A stretch of 64,000 nucleotides of DNA from the human T2T-CHM13v2.0 reference genome, Homo sapiens: the NCBI RefSeq assembly GCF_009914755.1, contig NC_060946.1; one strand, written 5' to 3'. The notes below the pieces were generated by a model. It made no database searches. It saw only the letters and a program-made list of their open reading frames with translations, and was not told the DNA's origin. Positions 56,401 to 64,000 of the stretch are shown here, piece after piece. Each line of letters opens with the position of its first letter. Positions within the stretch are counted from its first letter, which is position 1. Both the position numbers and the translations under genes were made by a program.

Positions 56401-59400
56401 GTCAATAGAAAGGTTCAACTCTGTTAGCTGCGTGCATATATCCCAAAGAAGATTCTGAGATTGCTTCTGTCTAGTTTTTATGGGAAGATATTTCCCTTTT
56501 CACCGTAGGTGTCAAGGCGCTCCAAATGTCCACTTCCAGATACTACAAAAAGAGTGTTTCAAACCTACTCTGTGAAAAGGAATATTCAACTCTGTGACTT
56601 TAATGCACATATCACAAAGAAGTTTCTGAGAATGCTTCTGTCGAGATTTTATATGAAGATATTCCCGTTTCCAAAGAAATCCTGAAATCTATCCAAATAT
56701 CCCCTCGCAGATTCTACAAAAAGAGTGTTTCAAAACTGCTCTGTAAAAAGAAAGGTTCAACTCTGTTAGTTGAGTACACACATCACAAACAAGTTTCACA
56801 GAATGCTTCTTTCTAGCTTGTAGGGGAAGATATTCCCTTTATCACCATGGGCCTCCAACCGTCCGAAACATCCACTTCCATATACTACAAAAAGAGCGTT
56901 TCAAACCTGCTCTATGAAAGGCAATGTTCAACTCTGTGACTTGAAAGCAGACATCACAGAGCAGTTTCTGAGAATGCTTCTGTCTAGATTTTATAGGAAG
57001 ATATTCCCGTTTCCAACGAAATCTTCACAGCTATCCAAATATCCACTTGCAGATTCTACAAAAAGAGTGTATCAAAACTGCTCTGTCAAAAGGAAGGTTC
57101 TTCTCTGTTAGGTGAGTGCATACGTCATAAAGGAGTTTCTGAGAATGTTTCTGTCTAGTGGTTATGGGAAGATATTTGCTTTTTCACCGTAGGCCTCAGA
57201 GCGCTCCAAATATCCACTTGCACATACTACAAAAAGAGTGCCTCAAAGCTGCTCTCTGAAACGGAATGTTCAACTCTATGAGTTGAATGCAAACATCACA
57301 AAGACGTTTCTGAGAATGCTTCTGTCTAGATTTGATATGAAGATATTCCCGTTTCCAACGAAATCTTCAAATCTATCCAAATGTCCACTTGCAGATTCAA
57401 CAAAAAGTGTTTTTCAGAACTGCTCTATCAAAAGAAAGATCCACCTCTGTTAGCTGAGTTCACACATCACAAACAAGTTTATGAGAATGCTTCTGTCTAG
57501 TTTTTATTTGAAGATATTTCCTTTCTCACCATAGACCTGAAAGCTGTCCTAATGTTCACTTCCAGATACTACAGAAAGAGTGTTTCAAAACTGCTGTACG
57601 AAAGGGAATGTTCAACTCTGTGACTTGAATGCACACATCACAAAGAAGTTTCTGAGGATGCTGCTGTCTACTTTTTATACGTAATCCCGTTTCCAACGAA
57701 ATCCTCCAAGCTATCCAAATATCCACTTGCAGATTCCACAGAAAGACTGTTTCAAAACTGCTCTGTCAATAGAAAGGTTCAACTCTGTTAGCTGCGTGCA
57801 TATATCCCAAAGAAGATTCTGAGATTCCTTCTGTCTAGTTTTTATGGGAAGATATTTCCCTTTTCACCGTAGGCGTCAAGGCGCTCCAAATGTCCACTTC
57901 CAGATACTACAAAAAGAGTGTTTCAAACCTACTCTGTGAAAGGGAATATTCAACTCTGTGACTTGAATGCACATATCACAAAGAAGTTTCTGAGAATGCT
58001 TCTGTCGAGATTTTATATGAAGATATTCCCGTTTCCAACGAAATCCTGAAATCTATCCAAATATCCCCTCGCAGATTCTACAAAAAGAGTGTTTCAAAAC
58101 TGCTCTGTAAAAAGAAAGGTTCAACTCTGTTAGTTGAGTACACACATGACAACCAAGTTTCACAGAATGCTTCTTTCTAGCTTGTAGGGGAAGATATTCC
58201 CTTTATCACCATGGTCCTCAAACCGTCCGAAACGTCCACTTCCATATACTACAAAAAGAGCGTTTCAAACCTGCTCTAGGAAAGGCAATGTTCAACTCTG
58301 TGACTTGAATGCAGACATCACAGAGCAGTTTCTGAGAATGCTTCTGTCTAGATTTTATAGGAAGATATTCCCGTTTCCAACGAAATCTTCACAGCTATCC
58401 AAATATCCACTTGCAGATTCTACAAAAAGAGTGTATCAAAACTGCTCTGTCAAAAGGAAGGTTCTTCTCTGTTAGGTGAGTGCATACGTCATAAAGGAGT
58501 TTCTGAGAATGTTTCTGTCTAGTGGTTATGGGAAGATATTTGCTTTTTCACCGTAGGCCTCAGAGCGCTCCAAATATCCACTTGCACATACTACAAAAAG
58601 AGTGCCTCAAAGCTGCTCTCTGAAACGGAATGTTCAACTCTATGAGTTGAATGCAAACATCACAAAGACGTTTCTGAGAATGCTTCTGTCTAGATTTGAT
58701 ATGAAGATATTCCCGTTTCCAACGAAATCTTCAAATCTATCCAAATGTCCACTTGCAGATTCAACAAAAAGTGTTTTTCAGAACTGCTGTATCAAAAGAA
58801 AGATCCACGTCTGTTAGCTGAGTTCACACATCACAAACAAGTTTATGAGAATGCTTCTGTCTAGTTTTTATTTGAAGATATTTCCTTTCTCACCATAGAC
58901 CTGAAAGCTGTCCTAATGTTCACTTCCAGATACTACAGAAAGAGTGTTTCAAAACTGCTGTACGAAAGGGAATTTTCAACTCTGTGACTTGAATGCACAC
59001 ATCACAAAGAAGTTTCTGAGGATGCTGCTGTCTACTTTTTATACGTAATCCCGTTTCCAACGAAATCCTCCAAGCTATCCAAATATCCACTTGCAGATTC
59101 CACAGAAAGACTGTTTCAAAACTGCTCTGTCAATAGAAAGGTTCAACTCTGTTAGCTGCGTGCATATATCCCAAAGAAGATTCTGAGATTGCTTCTGTCT
59201 AGTTTTTATGGGAAGATATTTCCCTTTTCACCGTAGGCGTGAAGGCGCTCCAAATGTCCACTTCCAGATACTACAAAAAGAGTGTTTCAAACCTACTCTG
59301 TGAAAGGGAATATTCAACTCTGTGACTTGAATGCACATATCACAAAGAAGTTTCTGAGAATGCTTCTGTCGAGATTTTATATGAAGATATTCCCGTTTCC

Positions 59401-62400
59401 AACGAAATCCTGAAATCTATCCAAATATCCCCTCGCAGATTCTACAAAAAGAGTGTTTCAAAACTGCTCTGTAAAAAGAAAGGTTCAACTCTGTTAGTTG
59501 AGTACACACATCACAAACAAGTTTCACAGAATGCTTCTTTCTAGCTTGTAGGGGAAGATATTCCCTTTATCACCATGGTCCTCAAACCGTCCGAAACGTC
59601 CACTTCCATATACTACAAAAAGAGCGTTTCAAACCTGCTCTAGGAAAGGCAATGTTCAACTCTGTGACTTGAATGCAGACATCACAGAACAGTTTCTGAG
59701 AATGCTTCTGTCTAGATTTTATAGGAAGATATTCCCGTTTCCAACGAAATCTTCACAGCTATCCAAATATCCACTTGCAGATTCTACAAAAAGAGTGTAT
59801 CAAAACTGCTCTGTCAAAAGGAAGGTTCTTCTCTGTTAGGTGAGTGCATACGTCATAAAGGAGTTTCTGAGAATGTTTCTGTCTAGTGGTTATGGGAAGA
59901 TATTTGCTTTTTCACCGTAGGCCTCAGAGCGCTCCAAATATCCACTTGCACATACTACAAAAAGAGTGCCTCAAAGCTGCTCTCTGAAACGGAATGTTCA
60001 ACTCTATGAGTTGAATGCAAACATCACAAAGACGTTTCTGAGAATGCTTCTGTCTAGATTTGATATGAAGATATTCCCGTTTCCAACGAAATCTTCAAAT
60101 CTATCCAAATGTCCACTTGCAGATTCAACAAAAAGTGTTTTTCAGAACTGCTCTATCAAAAGAAAGATCCACCTCTGTTAGCTGAGTTCACACATCACAA
60201 ACAAGTTTATGAGAATGCTTCTGTCTAGTTTTTATTTGAAGATATTTCCTTTCTCACCATAGACCTGAAAGCTGTCCTAATGTTCACTTCCAGATACTAC
60301 AGAAAGAGTGTTTCAAAACTGCTGTACGAAAGGGAATGTTCAACTCTGTGACTTGAATGCACACATCACAAAGAAGTTTCTGAGGATGCTGCTGTCTACT
60401 TTTTATACGTAATCCCGTTTCCAACGAAATCCTCCAAGCTATCCAAATATCCACTTGCAGATTCCACAGAAAGACTGTTTCAAAACTGCTCTGTCAATAG
60501 AAAGGTTCAACTCTGTTAGCTGCGTGCATATATCCCAAAGAAGATTCTGAGATTCCTTCTGTCTAGTTTTTATGGGAAGATATTTCCCTTTTCACCGTAG
60601 GCGTCAAGGCGCTCCAAATGTCCACTTCCAGATACTACAAAAAGAGTGTTTCAAACCTACTCTGTGAAAGGGAATATTCAACTCTGTGACTTGAATGCAC
60701 ATATCACAAAGAAGTTTCTGAGAATGCTTCTGTCGAGATTTTATATGAAGATATTCCCGTTTCCAACGAAATCCTGAAATCTATCCAAATATCCCCTCGC
60801 AGATTCTACAAAAAGAGTGTTTCAAAACTGCTCTGTAAAAAGAAAGGTTCAACTCTGTTAGTTGAGTACACACATGACAAACAAGTTTCACAGAATGCTT
60901 CTTTCTAGCTTGTAGGGGAAGATATTCCCTTTATCACCATGGTCCTCAAACCGTCCGAAACGTCCACTTCCATATACTACAAAAAGAGCGTTTCAAACCT
61001 GCTCTAGGAAAGGCAATGTTCAACTCTGTGACTTGAATGCAGACATCACAGAGCAGTTTCTGAGAATGCTTCTGTCTAGATTTTATAGGAAGATATTCCC
61101 GTTTCCAACGAAATCTTCACAGCTATCCAAATATCCACTTGCAGATTCTACAAAAAGAGTGTATCAAAACTGCTCTGTCAAAAGGAAGGTTCTTCTCTGT
61201 TAGGTGAGTGCATACGTCATAAAGGAGTTTCTGAGAATGTTTCTGTCTAGTGGTTATGGGAAGATATTTGCTTTTTCACCGTAGGCCTCAGAGCGCTCCA
61301 AATATCCACTTGCACATACTACAAAAAGAGTGCCTCAAAGCTGCTCTCTGAAACGGAATGTTCAACTCTATGAGTTGAATGCAAACATCACAAAGACGTT
61401 TCTGAGAATGCTTCTGTCTAGATTTGATATGAAGATATTCCCGTTTCCAACGAAATCTTCAAATCTATCCAAATGTCCACTTGCAGATTCAACAAAAAGT
61501 GTTTTTCAGAACTGCTCTATCAAAAGAAAGATCCACCTCTGTTAGCTGAGTTCACACATCACAAACAAGTTTATGAGAATGCTTCTGTCTAGTTTTTATT
61601 TGAAGATATTTCCTTTCTCACCATAGACCTGAAAGCTGTCCTAATGTTCACTTCCAGATACTACAGAAAGAGTGTTTCAAAACTGCTGTACGAAAGGGAA
61701 TGTTCAACTCTGTGACTTGAATGCACACATCACAAAGAAGTTTCTGAGGATGCTGCTGTCTACTTTTTATACGTAATCCCGTTTCCAACGAAATCCTCCA
61801 AGCTATCCAAATATCCACTTGCAGATTCCACAGAAAGACTGTTTCAAAACTGCTCTGTCAATAGAAAGGTTCAACTCTGTTAGCTGCGTGCATATATCCC
61901 AAAGAAGATTCTGAGATTCCTTCTGTCTAGTTTTTATGGGAAGATATTTCCCTTTTCACCGTAGGCGTCAAGGCGCTCCAAATGTCCACTTCCAGATACT
62001 ACAAAAAGAGTGTTTCAAACCTACTCTGTGAAAGGGAATATTCAACTCTGTGACTTGAATGCACATATCACAAAGAAGTTTCTGAGAATGCTTCTGTCGA
62101 GATTTTATATGAAGATATTCCCGTTTCCAACGAAATCCTGAAATCTATCCAAATATCCCCTCGCAGATTCTACAAAAAGAGTGTTTCAAAACTGCTCTGT
62201 AAAAAGAAAGGTTCAACTCTGTTAGTTGAGTACACACATGACAAACAAGTTTCACAGAATGCTTCTTTCTAGCTTGTAGGGGAAGATATTCCCTTTATCA
62301 CCATGGTCCTCAAACCGTCCGAAACGTCCACTTCCATATACTACAAAAAGAGCGTTTCAAACCTGCTCTAGGAAAGGCAATGTTCAACTCTGTGACTTGA

Positions 62401-64000
62401 ATGCAGACATCACAGAGCAGTTTCTGAGAATGCTTCTGTCTAGATTTTATAGGAAGATATTCCCGTTTCCAACGAAATCTTCACAGCTATCCAAATATCC
62501 ACTTGCAGATTCTACAAAAAGAGTGTATCAAAACTGCTCTGTCAAAAGGAAGGTTCTTCTCTGTTAGGTGAGTGCATACGTCATAAAGGAGTTTCTGAGA
62601 ATGTTTCTGTCTAGTGGTTATGGGAAGATATTTGCTTTTTCACCGTAGGCCTCAGAGCGCTCCAAATATCCACTTGCACATACTACAAAAAGAGTGCCTC
62701 AAAGCTGCTCTCTGAAACGGAATGTTCAACTCTATGAGTTGAATGCAAACATCACAAAGACGTTTCTGAGAATGCTTCTGTCTAGATTTGATATGAAGAT
62801 ATTCCCGTTTCCAACGAAATCTTCAAATCTATCCAAATGTCCACTTGCAGATTCAACAAAAAGTGTTTTTCAGAACTGCTGTATCAAAAGAAAGATCCAC
62901 GTCTGTTAGCTGAGTTCACACATCACAAACAAGTTTATGAGAATGCTTCTGTCTAGTTTTTATTTGAAGATATTTCCTTTCTCACCATAGACCTGAAAGC
63001 TGTCCTAATGTTCACTTCCAGATACTACAGAAAGAGTGTTTCAAAACTGCTGTACGAAAGGGAATTTTCAACTCTGTGACTTGAATGCACACATCACAAA
63101 GAAGTTTCTGAGGATGCTGCTGTCTACTTTTTATACGTAATCCCGTTTCCAACGAAATCCTCCAAGCTATCCAAATATCCACTTGCAGATTCCACAGAAA
63201 GACTGTTTCAAAACTGCTCTGTCAATAGAAAGGTTCAACTCTGTTAGCTGCGTGCATATATCCCAAAGAAGATTCTGAGATTGCTTCTGTCTAGTTTTTA
63301 TGGGAAGATATTTCCCTTTTCACCGTAGGCGTCAAGGCGCTCCAAATGTCCACTTCCAGATACTACAAAAAGAGTGTTTCAAACCTACTCTGTGAAAGGG
63401 AATATTCAACTCTGTGACTTGAATGCACATATCACAAAGAAGTTTCTGAGAATGCTTCTGTCGAGATTTTATATGAAGATATTCCCGTTTCCAACGAAAT
63501 CCTGAAATCTATCCAAATATCCCCTCGCAGATTCTACAAAAAGAGTGTTTCAAAACTGCTCTGTAAAAAGAAAGGTTCAACTCTGTTAGTTGAGTACACA
63601 CATCACAAACAAGTTTCACAGAATGCTTCTTTCTAGCTTGTAGGGGAAGATATTCCCTTTATCACCATGGTCCTCAAACCGTCCGAAACGTCCACTTCCA
63701 TATACTACAAAAAGAGCGTTTCAAACCTGCTCTAGGAAAGGCAATGTTCAACTCTGTGACTTGAATGCAGACATCACAGAACAGTTTCTGAGAATGCTTC
63801 TGTCTAGATTTTATAGGAAGATATTCCCGTTTCCAACGAAATCTTCACAGCTATCCAAATATCCACTTGCAGATTCTACAAAAAGAGTGTATCAAAACTG
63901 CTCTGTCAAAAGGAAGGTTCTTCTCTGTTAGGTGAGTGCATACGTCATAAAGGAGTTTCTGAGAATGTTTCTGTCTAGTGGTTATGGGAAGATATTTGCT

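Larger units (their letters stand above)
1..64000 (-). repeat. Alpha-satellite higher-order repeat array, ~47 copies of a 1364-bp 8-mer; homogeneous, active-type centromeric array
   Basis: Motif TTGAATGCAAACATCACAAAGAC recurs at 1, 1365, 2729, 4093, 5457, 6821 ... 35461 ... 62739. The period is 1364 bp, with six net 1-bp losses across the window, consistent with ORF-track spacings of 1364/1363. Typical alphoid motifs (TTTCTGAGAATGCTTCTGTCTAG, GTTCAACTCTGTGA, ATATCCACTTGCAGATTCTACAAAAAGAGTGTTTCAAAACTGCTC) recur every ~171 bp. Strand is given as the one carrying the canonical CENP-B box. Confidence 0.99.

Noticed and set aside
244-62909. About 60 short ORFs (60-71 aa, e.g. MPQSCSLKRNVQL..., MKGNVQLCDL...)
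   Set aside because: They are chance translations of satellite monomers. They recur at the HOR period, many start at GTG/TTG, and they appear or vanish with single SNPs (ATG/AGG; GCATAA stop). There is no gene structure. I used them only as variant markers.
1-64000. CRISPR-like appearance of a conserved 17-bp motif at regular spacing
   Set aside because: The motif is the CENP-B box. The intervening sequences are homologous monomers rather than unique spacers, and there are no cas genes.
1-64000. Hidden insertion (L1/Alu/other), inversion or monomer-deletion HOR variant
   Set aside because: Phase arithmetic closes exactly: 46 x 1364 minus six 1-bp losses places copy 47 at 62739, as observed. 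Orientation is constant throughout.
1-64000. Assignment to chr14 versus chr22, or to the CENP-A kinetochore domain
   Set aside because: The two chromosomes share this HOR family and CENP-A position is epigenetic, so neither can be determined without alignment or chromatin data.

Overview
The whole 64 kb window is an uninterrupted, single-orientation primate (very probably human) centromeric alpha-satellite array. It holds about 47 head-to-tail copies (46 complete plus 1 partial) of a 1364-bp higher-order repeat (HOR) made of eight ~171-bp monomers (7 x 171 + 1 x 167). CENP-B boxes sit in every second monomer and read canonically on the minus strand. The 8-mer/1364-bp unit and a 680-bp XbaI-TaqI interval match the alphaXT family of chromosomes 14/22 (D14Z9/D22Z1, suprachromosomal family 2); chr14 and chr22 cannot be told apart by eye. 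I found no genes, transposon insertions, inversions or monomer-number variants, and all listed ORFs are artefacts of translating the satellite. I did not find a previously undescribed biological system. The structure worth a second look lies above the HOR level: tandem duplications of 1, 2, 3, 4 and 6 HORs with different degrees of divergence, chimeric junctions that can be mapped, dispersed variant haplotypes, and a skewed distribution of broken CENP-B boxes. All variant calls and counts were made by eye and need alignment to confirm.
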